A DNA stretch of 63,750 nt, counting the filler, from Xylographa opegraphella (lineage: Eukaryota), in the NCBI GenBank assembly GCA_022813865.1. It is 6 parts of 6 records of this genome, joined end to end, with 100 filler letters (N's around TTAATTAATTAA, not from the genome) between each part and the next. Parts side by side here need not be neighbours in the genome. Positions count along the whole stretch, not along the records: positions 1 to 10,918 come from JALDZX010000170.1; positions 11,019 to 21,898 come from JALDZX010000171.1; 4 more parts are not named here. The stretch is one strand, 5' to 3'. Every line of letters begins with the position of its first letter. Positions within the stretch are counted from its first letter, which is position 1. The notes under the pieces are model-generated. The model did no database searches. It was not told the DNA's origin and worked only from the letters and a program-made list of their open reading frames with translations. Position numbers and translations under genes: made by a program. Positions 1 to 13,117 of this stretch are shown here, in pieces.

Positions 1-62
1 CATTGACGAATCCAACCCAGATCCCTAATCGAACTATACTAGTGAGAGGCAGGATCGTAACA
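1..62 (-). mobile_element. LTR fragment (family E), inserted into a Copia element just past its gag zinc knuckle; cut by the scaffold start
   Basis: Reverse complement of TGTTACGATCCTGCCTCTCACTAGTATAGTTCGATTAGGGATCTGGGTTGGATTCGTCAATG seen at 11567; ends ...CGTAACA. Confidence 0.8.
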
Positions 63-1660
63 GGGACCTACTTAGCTGGCGTTTTACAAATTCTTGCGCA
101 TTAAATAGAAAGGGGCAGCCAAGAACAAGGTGTGATAATTTCTTGCAGATATGGCATTTTGCATAACTTTTAGATTCTTCCTTTTCGGAGCCAGAGGAAC
201 CTCGCCGACCGCGATTTCGAAAATTATTCTTTTTTTAAAAACGATTTCTTGAATCACGCGCCATTAAGGCAATAGAGTCACGTCGTTTTAATTTATTTTC
301 CTTGTTTAACAGACGCGCAAAGCGGTTTTCGAACGAAATTTATAAGCCTTAAAAAGTATTTTTAAAAATTATATATTTATTCGGTAGGCCCTGAAGGAGT
401 AGCATAAGCTTCTGCTCTTGCTCAAACGATTTCGCTATTGTAGAGTCAGACTGCGCTAGTCTTGCTTTGATCTTTCCAATGTTAATTCAGGCATCAATGA
501 TTAACATATTAGCGAATTTCTTATAAATTACCAGCGCCTGCAGCGAGCTAAAGCCGACGAAGTCACGATCGTTATAGTAGCGCTTTTAAAGATAAGCCCA
601 TATTTCTTTAACTAAAATATATTCTAAAACTGCATCGTAATCGAATTCTTTAAAGGCTTTAGAAACTATAATCTTTGCTTTCGCGTTGTCCTTCTTCCAC
701 TGTTTATTCTTTTCAAGATTAAAGATTTTTCTTGTGCCTGATAAAGCGAAGCTCGCTGGGGTGGCGGCTTAAAAGGCGTTCTTTAACTCGGTGCCAAGAT
801 CGGCGTCTTTACCTTTATTGGGTCCTGCCTTACTAATCTTCAACTCGTCGAACTAAACGATTAAAGAATACTTATCTTGGCCTTGCGTAAGGACGTACTC
901 GATATTTTTTGCTTTACAGGTAGTCTTGACTAGGTTGATCCATCTGGTGTAATTGTCGCTTAATAAAGCTGGAATAGCCGAAGTTCTCTCGCTGTCGTAG
1001 TCCATGTTGTTTTAAAAATTAAATTATAGGAAATAAAACGCGTAATAATGCTTAATTAAGGGAAATAAAGATTAAAAGTTAAAGAATTTACAAAGTTTAT
1101 GCTTATTGCGTCCGTAGCAAGCTGCCGGCTCTGTTTCCTGGCTTCTTCCTTAAAAGGCCAAAGGATTTCCTTTACTAAATAAATACTGTACTTATTACGC
1201 CCGTATCAAGCTGCCGTATTACGAGTACTCGACCCCAGTTTTTCCTTCGCTGATTTTTGTTTTAGCTGCATATACTTACACGTATTTACGTTTTGAATTC
1301 GTAGCTTTAGGCTTATACTAGCAACTCGTGATTAATTTATACTTTTTTCGAGTCTTTTCCAGACGCGTAAGTCGAATCTTTTTAATCACGCTTTAGGTCC
1401 TAAACTTCCTTAGCCGTAATCTGAACTAATTAGTGAGTTAAAATACTGTAGGCTAGCCGGGCTTATAATCTGTTAAATTTAATCACTAGGCACAGGGGTT
1501 TTGGCAGCAGATTGCAGTACATTATTTAATTATTAAGAAGGTAAAGAGTTCTCCTGAAGCAAAAGCTTTAAAAGACTCTTCGAGTCCTGTACTAAGCTAG
1601 TCCTAATTGGCTATAGTATAAGTCGACAACACAGGCTGCTAACCCCCTGGATTTTCAACA
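63..1660 (-). mobile_element. Ty1/Copia retrotransposon 5' part: 190-bp LTR (family C, 1471-1660), PBS and RIP-damaged gag
   Basis: LTR matches 53992-54181, which follows a Copia RNase H; PBS-like GATTATAAGCCCGG (1457-1470); gag ATG at 1005 (MDYDSERTSAIPALLSDNYTRWINLV...) with in-frame stops; CCHC knuckle CHICKKLSHLVLGC at 115-156. Confidence 0.85.
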
Positions 1661-3091
1661 ATATATATTAATGTTAAATCTCGTAATAAATTTTTGAGTA
1701 TTAAATTATTTTATAAAATTGATTATTTTAATCGTTGCGCAAATCCGGGCCTATAATTAATTTAAATAAATAAATAAATTAAAATAATAAAATTAATATT
1801 TTATTGAATGAGTTATGAAAATGTGTAAAAAATTGCTTTTTTGAAAAAAGTTTTTTTATGTACGATTACGCTAGTCTAACGGCTATGTTAAAATAATAAT
1901 TATATTAAAATAATAATTATATTAAATTAATAATTACGTTAATTTAACAATTACGTTACTTTAATAGCAAATTAAAGTTTATATTGCCTTCAAACAATAT
2001 GAAAAACATTTTGCCAAACGACGTCATTTTCAATATATTTTATTTTAATTATTTTTAATTGTTTTTAGCTATATTTTAAACGTATTTTAAATATATAAAT
2101 TATTTATTAAAAAAATTAAAAATTATAAAAATTCTTGCTAAATGTACTGAACGTAATAAACGTATTAAATACGCAAAAAGTATACTTTTTGATCGACTCG
2201 TAAAACTTTGAATTTTAAACAAGAATTCTTTTTGCTGATACGAGGCTTCGTTTTGAATATTTTTCCATTTTTATTAAAATTGATTTTATATATTTTATAT
2301 TCAATGGTATTAAATCTCGTAATTATTATAATTTCGAGTTTGATAATTTAAATAATTTTTAATTTTACGACCACGATTATTTTTAATTCGACAATTATTA
2401 ATTCGAAAATTTAAGGAAAAATTTGTAATAACTGAGTGAAATCAATATAATAAAATTAATGTTTTATTGAATTATTTGTTAAAATGTGTAAAAAAAAAAA
2501 ATCTTAAATTTTTCTTATATACGATTACGTTAATTCAAAAGCAAATTAGTATTTATACTATTTCAAACAATAAAGGGTATTTGATTAAATAACGTTATTT
2601 TCAACAGAAAATTTGATTCAACGATTTCAATTGATTTTAATTCTGCGATCAAGATAATTTTTAATTTTTAATTCGAAGTTTAAAATAACTTTTAATTTTA
2701 TAATCACGATAATATTTAATTCTACGATTATTACAAATTTTTACAACTTTTACAATAAACTCGCGTTTTTAAACTTTTAAACTAGGATCATTTGAGGAAT
2801 AGTAACAAAATAACGGACAGAGGGTACCACGGGGGTCAGCCGAGGAATTCGTTGCATTTATTTGGTAACCACTCAACACCTTTAGTGTCTGATCGTGAAT
2901 GTTGCAATGATATGTCTAGCACTCTCTTTCCCTTCTATATTAATTTCCTGCCGTCTATGAGAACCTAAGATCCTGCGCAGACTCAAAGCGGCCTTACGCC
3001 ATCATACATACTCCTTTCTCAGTCACCCTTAGGATAAGGCTCTGAGATCACGAAAAAAACGTAACTGGTATCAAGCTGCATCTCAAACGCA

Positions 3092-6000
3092 ATGCCTTCT
3101 AAAAGCTTTTCTCGGTTGAAGAGTGGAGAGACTGGCGCATCAGAAGATGCGCTGCATGCTCCGAAATCTTGTGACACAAAGCGAGCAGACTACACTTCGC
3201 ACGGTATTTTGGACAATAATATTCTCTTACTGCCAGGCTCCGACTACAAACTTCTGAGCGTACTCACCGCCTTAGCTCTGTTAGTCCGGTTGTTCAGAAT
3301 ATACCAGCCAAGTAGTGTTGTTTTCGATGAAGTCCAGTAAGACACTTCATGCTCACTCAATGCTCTTATGCAAGGCTGCTGATAGACTCGATAGCTTTGG
3401 AGGCTTTGCGTCGAAATATATCAAGGGCAAGTTCTTCATGGATGTTCACCCACCCCTCGCGAAGCTCCTTATAACACTAGCCGGATGGTTGGCGGGATTT
3501 AATGGAGATTTCGACTTCAAGGACATTGGTAAGGACTACCTTGAGCCTGGTGTGCCATACGTGGCGATGCGCTTGCTGCCTGCTTTAATGGGTGTTGTGA
3601 CTGTACCAGCAATGTTTCTTACGCTGAAGGCGGCCGGCTGTCGTACAACGACGGCCGCTATGGGCGCAGGTTTGATCATTTTTGGTACGACCGCTTCACC
3701 AACCCACAGAGCAATGGCTGACTCAGACATAAGAGAATGGGCTACTTACACAATCTCGGTTGATACTTCTCGACTCGCCGCTGATCGTCTTCACTGCTTT
3801 TACAGCATTGGCTTGGATATGCTTCACAAATCAACACGAACAAGGTCCGTCAAAAGCTTTTGATCCAAGTTGGTGGTTCTGGCTTGCAGCAACGGGTATC
3901 GGTCTCGGAGCTACCGTCAGCGTAAAATGGGTCGGACTCTTTACTATAGCTTGGGTAGGAAGCCTGACCATTCTGCAAATGTGGGTGCTGCTCGGTGATA
4001 CACGTACTGTGACGCCGGTAAGTGGCACTTCTACCGTGTACTCGTCGTAATTATACTTTATACTTACCTCCTTTGAGTAGCGCTTGTGGTTTAAACACTT
4101 GTTCGCGCGCGCTTTTTGCCTTATCGGGATACCTGTGGCTTTCTACATGGCCCTGTTCGCAATACACTTCGTTTGCCTTGTTAATCCTGGCGACGGGGAC
4201 GGCTTCATGTCTTCCGAATTTCAGGCAACGCTGAACACTAAATCAATGCGTGACGTTCCAGTAGATGTTGCTTTTGGAAGCAGGGTGAGCATAAGGCACC
4301 ACAACACTCAGGGTGGATATCTCCATTCACATAACCACATGTACCCTATCGGAAGCAAGCAGCAGCAGATTACTCTATACCCACACAAGGATGAGAACAA
4401 CGTGTGGCTACTTGAGAACCAGACACAACCTGAAGGACGAGATGGGCAAACCATAAGTGGGCCGAAGGCATGGGATAAGCTAAGTACTACGATGATCCAG
4501 GACGGTGCTGTGCTTCGCTTGTACCATCTCACCACGGACAGACGTCTTCATTCACATGACTTCCGCCCTCCGGTTACCGAAGCTGAATGGCAAAATGAAG
4601 TCTCGGCCTATGGATATGAAGGGTTTGAAGGTGATGCGAATGATCTCTTCAGGGTTGAGATAATTAAGCCAATGTGCGATGGAGCAGAAGCTTCAATCAG
4701 GCTTCGGACTATCCAGACCAAATTCAAACTTGTCCATCTTATGACTGGATGCAGTCTTTTCTCCCACAAAGTCAAGCTCCCTGACTGGGCTTTCGAGCAA
4801 CAAGAGGTCACTTGTGCCAAACAAGGTACACTTCCAAACAGTATCTGGTATGTCGAACAGAATGAACACCCGATGTTGGGAGCAGATGCGGAGAAGGTCA
4901 ACTATCGTAACCCCGGGTTTTTAGGCAAATTTTGGGAGCTTCAGAAGGTTATGTGGACCACAAACGCTGGACTTGTGGAGTCTCATGCCTGGGATTCACG
5001 ACCACTCTCGTGGCCGATCCTCCGACGTGGAATCAATTTTTGGGGGAAAGACCACCGACAGATCTACCTCATCGGCAATCCAGTCATTTGGTGGTCCTCA
5101 ACGCTAGGTATCGCAATCTACATCGCGTTCAAAGGTCTCTCCGTTCTTCGTTGGCAAAGAGGGTACAAGGACTACGAAAATGTCAGCTTTAAGCGCTTTG
5201 ATTACGAAATCGGAATGTCGGTTCTCGGATGGTTTCTTCACTACTTCCCCTTCTTCCTCATGGCTCGCCAGCTGTTTCTACATCACTATTTACCTGCCCT
5301 CTACTTTGCTATTATGGCACTATGTCAAATTTACGACTTTGTCACTAATCGGGTTAGTGGGATTGGTATGAGGGAGCGACCTTTCATTGGGTTGGGAGGC
5401 ATTGTGGCATTCTTGGCGTTGAGTATTGTCGCATTCACCATGTACGCTCCACTCGCGTATGGAAATCCGTGGACCCAGGAATCCTGCAAGCGGGCTAAGC
5501 TATTTGACAAGTGGGATTGGGACTGTAACGTATTCCATACAGAAGTGGGTAGTTTTTACATAATATGCTGCCAATGGCTAACATCTAGAACTAGCTGAGT
5601 CAGTATTCTATCCAGCCATCGAGCACACCCACTGGGGAGAAGACTAGCGCGCCGGCAGTTCATCCATCAGTGGAAGAAAAAGTCGAGCCAAACCTTCTAT
5701 CGCGCGACGGTGGTGTCACCTCTCAGGCATCTGCGGCAGAATCTATTCTGAGTCAAGAGGAGAAAATTGAATATCGCGATCAGGATGGCAACCTGCTAAA
5801 CGAGGAACAGGTCAAAGCCCTTGAAGGCAAGGTCTCCTTTTCTACGCGGTACGAAACTCGAACACGAATAGTCGACGCTCAAGGTCGTGAACTGGCTGAC
5901 GGTTCAGCCGGCGCCGAAGGGTTTGGACCACCGCATCCAGACGTTGACAGGGAACCGGAAACGGTGTCCGACGGATCGAAATCATCACGAAGAGATTATC

Positions 6001-6116
6001 CTGCTATGGCATCTCCTGAAGAAGATCTTTTGAAGGAGAAATCATTAGTCAAGGCTAAAGTTGGAATCCCACGACCTGCTAGTGAAGGACATGAGGCTAC
6101 CAAATCAAATTTATAA
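3092..6116 (+). CDS. PMT1: Dolichyl-phosphate-mannose-protein O-mannosyltransferase, Pmt1 subfamily; exons 3092-3336, 3395-3684, 3734-4017, 4081-5544, 5595-6116
   Basis: VVFDEVHFGGFASKY, FFMDVHPPLAKL, MIR domains (GGYLHSH, RRLHSHD), FLHHYLPALYF, acidic C-terminal extension; GT-AG introns restore the frame; start codon could lie further upstream. Confidence 0.92.
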
Positions 6117-6378
6117 CGTGTTATTGTAATATTGGCGTTCGATGAAGTTATAATCTGCTGTGCATATTCTTTTGAATTGTACGTACACAACGTCGTATAG
6201 CCATAATATTTGCGATGGCTCGGGGGATTTACCAGGGTTCTTTAACATTCCTTTTATTGTCACTGACCTTGTACCAAATCCATAATACATATGATGCTAT
6301 ACATAGATACTATGTTCATATCACAAAGGAGTTCGGCTTCGCCATTTGCTGCCTGCGCTTATTTGTCCCGCGACTCAC

Positions 6379-7006
6379 TCAGTATCCATCTTTTCCCCAC
6401 TTGTTGTATTTGTCGTGCAACGACTCGAATGGCAAATCAGCATCATATTAACACTGGGCTCCACTTTGAACACACCTTGGGTAAATTGACATTGGGAACA
6501 ATAACACTATGTAAAGCACTAGGAGCATCTTTTGGGGCCTTTGTGGGGTCCCCCCCCGGATGATACTGATACTTGAAATGCTCTTCCGCATTATCCCCCT
6601 TGGAGCTCTCGACTTGCCAAGGCATAGTACCGGGTGCCATGCTGACCGGGGCTTCTGAAGACGATGATGTGGGCTTCCGACCTTTTTGAAATATAATGTT
6701 AGTGAAAGATTGCATCAACCTACAATGTGCAAAGATAGCGAAATGTAGTTACCGAAGTGGAATCCCGCGAGGCCGAAAGCCCCAGACATAATAGCCAGTA
6801 GAATCTCAACAGAAGTGATCAGCTGATATGCGTGTAAACTCCCGCAAATATCGACTTTGACATACATAGAGCTCAGGATCTCTCTTAGCTCCTTTTTGAA
6901 GCACACCCGCCGGTTTGTCAGAACCGCCTGCTTCCGCAGCTCTGCCTGCCGCTCGTGTAGCGGCTTGACCAACTTGGCCAGCAATACGACTCGCCGCGGC
7001 AGACAT
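6379..7006 (-). CDS. Conserved small single-TM fungal protein, probably mitochondrial (possibly NDUFA4/MLRQ-like); exons 7006-6866, 6804-6753, 6681-6476, 6423-6379
   Basis: Spliced product MSAAASRIAGQV...KGAKRDPELYILLAIMSGAFGLAGFHFGRKPTSSSSE...FKYQYHPGGDP...PNVNLPKSLHDKYNKWGKDGY; three GT-AG introns; Ala/Arg-rich presequence-like N-terminus. Confidence 0.8.
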
Positions 7007-7598
7007 TCTGAGCGATATTGATCCGGGGTTATGCCGGTTTTCTAAGTAATAGAAAGCACAGTTATCACTCAGACTAAAGTGTGAAGTTGCGGATATATTA
7101 ATTAAGGAAAAGGTATTACCTACCGGGAGGTCAGTGGTTATGTTGCTTAGGTCCTCGGTCCGGAGCGACTAGTGCAATGTGACGCAATAAACTATGCTGG
7201 GACGGACCAGTTTCCGATCGTCTCTGGTCTAGAGGAGCTGAAGCCCCTTGGCCTCAATCTGCGTGTAACATCCTCGCGCAGCGCTATTTTCGACCATACA
7301 ATAGCTTTAAGCATTCAGCAATATCGCGGGACGATTTACTGCCATCATTTTTCGTCCCTCTAGACTGCACTGTGGAACAATGCCATTGTACATCTTACTG
7401 GCCTCATCCATACAGCTAGTCTACTACAGCATCACTCTTTCTTCGATACGTCAGTTCTGACAATAGTCCTTAAGGGACAGGGTCTACGCTACTCTTCTGG
7501 CCATTTTAATCTTAAATTTCTACAGAACGCTCGTCTTTGAACATTCTGAACATTCGTTTAATAAATCACCAAAATCTGGCTACCTCGGAAAGACTCAA

Positions 7599-9555
7599 AT
7601 GCAGAGCCAATCTCAAGTACCGAGTATCATATCGTCACGAATGACCGATATCATATCCGAAGACGGCGACGAATACCTTCCAGAGGGACCCGTGGCAGCC
7701 GCTACATTCCATACCCGAGCATCGGGAGAAGTCTCGACCCGTTCAGCATCCTCACAACAAGACACTTGGAATACCTGTCCAGCGGCTCGACGTGGGGTGG
7801 TCTCTTCCGATGCGTCTGGCAATAGAAGGGGTTTAAATGTTTTTGGAGGCTCTGGTGTATCTATGTCTAATAGTAGCAGACCACAAAGTTCCGCCAGCCG
7901 GACAAGCCGAACTCACATTCCTTCCTTGACCTCATATGCCTTTTTCCGGCCAATGAGCTCACAGCGACTTCAAGCTCAACGGGGCACACGGCTAGGCGCT
8001 CCTGGTCAGAACTTGAATGGAGGCGTTGCAACCCGAGAATTTCACGGATTGAACTCATTCACTACCTTACAGCCGGACCATCAAGCTGATCATGAGCTCT
8101 TACCCCCTTCAAGAGGTACTGACATCACAGAGAATGACCATCGTGACCGAGAGTCTGTCAATGTAAGTCCAACCGGTGATGCAACAACTCGAAGTGTCGG
8201 CGAAAGCACAAGACCTCTTCATGATGTATGTTCCTATCATCGGCTGCCCTATCTTGAGTTTGGTGCCCATTCTCAGCAGACACATCCCTCCGCAAGTTTG
8301 AGGAACCCGAAATCAAATGGATCCTTCAGATCTGGGTTACTTCCTTCAAAAAGAGTCTTGCAGGATCCCGCAACGACCAATAATCACACTATCATACAAG
8401 AATACTCTACGGTATCGCCTCCGTCTGTCGGACTGGAACAAACTGTGCAGTACCGGAAAGAAAGCGGACGAAATCATCAGTATTTCTCAGGTAATACAGC
8501 ATTTTGGTTGGGGGGGAGAATCCAGAACACAAGGGGGAAGCCTATAAATATTGCTACAGGATCCCTTGTTGTATTGCCGTCGTTCCTTTTCTTTGTATAT
8601 TCGTGAGTTGTCCTATTGGTTTAGCGGTTATTGCGACAATTGAACTAAATACTGCGTATACTAGAGCGACCTACCTTTGGCACAATGTGTCTTCCGCACT
8701 ACCGATTGTCTTTGCCTACAACTTCTTCATCTGTATTTCTTCATTCATCCATGCATCTGTTACAGATCCTGGAGTAAGGAAGCACTTTGGCCTTAATTAT
8801 ACTTCTCCTGAGCTAATTGGTTTCCGCAGATATTACCTCGAAATCTTCACCCAGTGCCTGCACCTGAAATTGCAGACGATCCTCTGACTCTGGGGCTTTC
8901 ATCAACAGACTGGACCATGATCAAGTCGTCAGGCTCGCCAACTACCGCGATGGATGTGCCGACTAAGTATTGTAAGACCTGTGCTATATGGAGGCCTCCA
9001 CGCGGACATCATTGTCGGATATGTGACAACTGCGTTGAGACTCAAGATCACCACTGTGTTTGGCTAAACAACTGTGTCGGTCGACGGAATTACCGATACT
9101 TTTTCACGTTCGTCACTTCAGGGACTTTCCTGGGTATCCTTTTGACATTCGCAAGCCTCGGCCACTGCCTTCACTATCAGTCAGTCACGAGGACATCTTT
9201 CAGTACTTCTATAAGTTTCTGTCATGTACCTTTTGCGATGTTCATCTACGGGATTTTGATAACTCCTTACCCCGCATGCCTCATGTTTTACCACCTATTT
9301 TTAATGCAACGTGGGGAGACGACCCGTGAATATCTCAACTCCCACAAATTCTTGAAAAGAGATCGCCACCGACCGTTTGATCAGAGACACTTTTTACAGA
9401 ACTGGATTGCTGTGATATTTCGACCTCGTCTATCCACATATCTTCAGTTCCACGATGAATATATCGACGGTGATCAAAGATTCGGAGTTCGCCGCGAAAA
9501 AAAAACAGGGATAACATATGGGAAAGTCGATTGCTCGGCAGTAACTACATTGTGA
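7599..9555 (+). CDS. ERF2: DHHC palmitoyltransferase Erf2; exons about 7599-8602, 8665-8772, 8830-9555
   Basis: [51 protein letters not shown] and TTRE motifs, long Ser-rich N-terminus; start uncertain. Confidence 0.9.
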
Positions 9556-10371
9556 TATTGAAATATATAAAATCGTCGACGTATTAAAGCTCATTAAAAT
9601 AAAATAAATTTCATTGACATTCGATTACAAAAAATGGAATTTAATATAAAAAGGAAAAAATATAATAATTTTCATAAAATTAATTTAATATTGATTAAAA
9701 TTTTGAGTAGTTAAAATCGGGACGCGATATAAATAATTATTTATTCGTAAATATATTAAATTATTAATATAATGATTAATTGAAATGAAAAAATCACGTT
9801 ATAACAAAATTATAAAATTCAAATTTCGTTAAATCACGATCAAAATACATAGAAATTGCTTTTTATTGAAGAAATATTTATATATATTTTTAAATTAATT
9901 TAAAATTGAATTAAAATTCATATTATTCAAAAATAATTCAAATAATATTCCTTAAATAACGTTTATTTTTAGTATTTTTATTTAATAATAATTGAATTGT
10001 TACATTTTTATTACATTTTCGAAATTAAATAATGAATTAATAAAAATTATTCATTTATTAACGATTATATTTTATTTAAATACGAAGAATTTTTATATTT
10101 ATTGTTTAATAAATTATTTTAACAAATAAAATATTAATATATTTAATTTGAAAATCATTATACAGAAAATGAAATAAATTTTTAAAATATAATTAAATTC
10201 AAATTAATTCAATTATTATAATATATAATAAAAATCGTTTTTGCGTTTGAATACTCGATTTTTATGATAAAAAACCTAAAATATTTATAATACTTTAATT
10301 TTAACGCGTTAAATTTATTATATTAATAATATAAAATACACGACGAGTTTGAAAATAATTTATACGCTATT

Positions 10372-10551
10372 GAAAAAAGAAAAAGAAAAAGAAAAAGAAA
10401 AAGAAAAAGAAAAAGAAAAAGAAAAAGAAAAAGAAAAAGAANNNNNNNNNNNNNNNNNNNNNNNNNNNNNNNNNNNNNNNNNNNAAGAAAAAGAAAAAGA
10501 AAAAGAAAAAGAAAAAGAAAAAGAAAAAGAAAAAGAAAAAGAAAAAGAAAA
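10372..10551. repeat. (GAAAAA)n microsatellite with an internal N gap
   Basis: Direct reading; source of the spurious poly-EK ORF. Confidence 0.95.
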
Positions 10552-10918
10552 TAAAACGTTTAATTAAAAATTATTAAACGTTTTATTTAACAAAAACGTA
10601 ACGATTAAAACGATAAATGTAAAATAAAAAACTAAAGAATTTATCGCCATTATATAAATATTACGTAAAATATTTTTCGAATTATATTAAATTTAAAATT
10701 AAGAAAATTCGCAAAAAATATAAACATAAAAATAAAAATGTTTAAATTCAAAAGTTTTTAAAATATTTTTGATTTAAAAAAATACTCGAAAACAATAATT
10801 CTTTATAAAAATGAACAAAATAATTTACAATATAATAATTAATTATATATTCAACTACTGTGGTGGATTCGGGGCGGGTCTTTTGGGCGCTTTTTGATTT
10901 GGAGCTTCCTTCCTCACG

Positions 10919-11018
10919 NNNNNNNNNNNNNNNNNNNNNNNNNNNNNNNNNNNNNNNNNNNNTTAATTAATTAANNNNNNNNNNNNNNNNNNNNNNNNNN
11001 NNNNNNNNNNNNNNNNNN
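10919..11018. other. Artificial scaffold linker N44-TTAATTAATTAA-N44
   Basis: Identical 100-bp structure occurs five times; the 12-mer has stops in all six frames. Confidence 0.97.
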
Positions 11019-11566
11019 GCCTACGGCGGCCCGAGCTCTCGCTATCCTGCAGGCAGGCCGGGACTCTATTTCTAACAAATTTGAAATATAATTAAATAAA
11101 CGTTAATAATATTTTATCGAATTTTTTGAAAGAAATTCATATATCGCCTTTATCGAGAATTAAAATTAAATTCAAATGTTATTTAAAAAATTTATAAAAT
11201 CTTTACAATTCTAAGCAAGTAACTCGTAATTAATATAAACGTTATATTTAAAATCTCGAACGAATCGATTTTAAATAATATAATATTAACTTTTATTTAA
11301 TAATTTATTTTAATAAAAAAATTTAACTATTTTTATACGTAAATAATATTAAAATCGTAGTATTTCGTCGAATTAAAATTAATTAATTTAAAGCTAAATT
11401 CGTAAAAAAATTAATATTTAATTACGCGTAATAGGAAAAATCTTTTAATTCGCTTAAATTAAATTTATTATTCCAAAAAAATTTCCCAAAGTTATATATA
11501 AAAATAAATAAATTTAAAGCAGTAAAAATTTTAATAAATAATTACGACTTGCTTTGATTAGCCAGC

Positions 11567-11913
11567 TGTTACGATCCTGCCTCTCACTAGTATAGTTCGA
11601 TTAGGGATCTGGGTTGGATTCGTCAATGAGTNNNNNNNNNNNNNNNNNNNNNNNNNNNNNNNNNNNNNNNNNNNNNNNNNNNNNNNNNNNNNNNNNNNNN
11701 NNNNNNNNNNNNNNNNNNNNNNNNNNNNNNNNNNNNNNNNNNNNNNNNNNNNNNNNNNNNNNNNNNNNNNNNNNNNNNNNNNNNNNNNNNNNNNNNNNNN
11801 NNNNNNNNNNNNNNNNNNNNNNNNNNNNNNNNNNNNNNNNNNNNNNNNAGGAGCAACCTCGGGGCCAGGTTCCTCCTGTCCCGAGATTCTCTGTGAAGGT
11901 GAGAACCTTAACA
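11567..11913 (+). mobile_element. LTR (family E) spanning an N gap
   Basis: Starts TGTTACGATCC, ends GAAGGTGAGAACCTTAACA (same end at 43587); no TSD, so the gap may join two copies. Confidence 0.7.
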
Positions 11914-13117
11914 ATAATGCACAACGTAAAATATATAATATTTTAACTCATTAACGAGTGATAAATTACGATATAATATACGATTGAAATCGGCAGTTTT
12001 TACAAATATTAATCATTAAATTATAAAGAAACCTTGTTATTAACGTTGTAAAAACGAATTCAAAATCGATTTTTAATATTAAAATTAAAGTCATATTATT
12101 TATAATTTAACGATTAACGTTATCTCGATGTACAAAAAATTGTAGCGAGAATTAATCGACGAAATATTGAAATATTAAATTTTTTGAAATCATTTTTTTG
12201 CGTCGTTACGCAATAACGACAAGTTTAAATATATGAAAATATATCTAAATTTTTAAATTTCATAAATATATATAGAATTTTTATTTGATTTAAATTTGTC
12301 ATAATTACGATTAAAGGTAAAGTAAATATAATTGATACAAAATGGAAGATTAATTGTTCGTAGAGCTGAAAACTTCATTTATATATACAAGAAGTTTTTC
12401 ATTTAGGCAGGAAACCCTTTAATAAGCAGCGACATAAAGCAAGAGCCCTGTAGGCAGGCAAGCAAGCAAGCAGGCAGGTCAAAGCCCTGCAGGCCATGGC
12501 TGTAACAAAATTTTATATCTTAATATGATTCGATTTTTTATTATAAAATATTTTAAAACTCGTTAAAACCCTATTTCTTTAAGTATTTAAATAACTACGC
12601 GATAATAATTTATAAAATTTTCGCAATAAATAACATTTATTTAAATTTATCAAATATAAAGATTTTAATATATTTTAACTTGCCGTTGTTGCGTAGCGAC
12701 GTAAAAGGATGATTTTGAAGAATTTTGAAATCTAAAAATTTTGATATTTCGTCGCTTGATTCCCGCTACAACTTTTTGGATATCGAGGTAAACATGCGTG
12801 GGTATACATTAGGTGATTTTGACATGCATACAACAATAGTCATTCCTTAAGAGGTAGAACCCGGACTCCCTGCTCAAACGAAGACTACACGGCGGTTCCG
12901 TTCTTTACGAATATCGATTATTGAGCTAACGTCGGACTATTCTCGGACATTACTGCGATAAACGTTGCTGGTTACAAGATGGCTGCGGTATCTTCGCCTA
13001 CGCGTGAGCGTAAAGATAGTCGACCTCAAACAGCAAATAGGCACCCCACTGCAAGTCTTGACATGCTCTGACAGATTGAAAATATATCGCTGACTCGAAA
13101 TCCAGGCTCCATCCGTT

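Noticed and set aside
5595..6116. ORF 5670-6116 as a separate gene
   Set aside because: Joins PMT1 in frame through intron 5545-5594
10349..10567. Poly-EK ORF
   Set aside because: Translation of the (GAAAAA)n microsatellite plus Ns
10963..10974. TTAATTAATTAA recurring about every 10-11 kb as a biological periodic element or TTAA target site
   Set aside because: Always centred between exactly 44 Ns on each side; it is a synthetic linker
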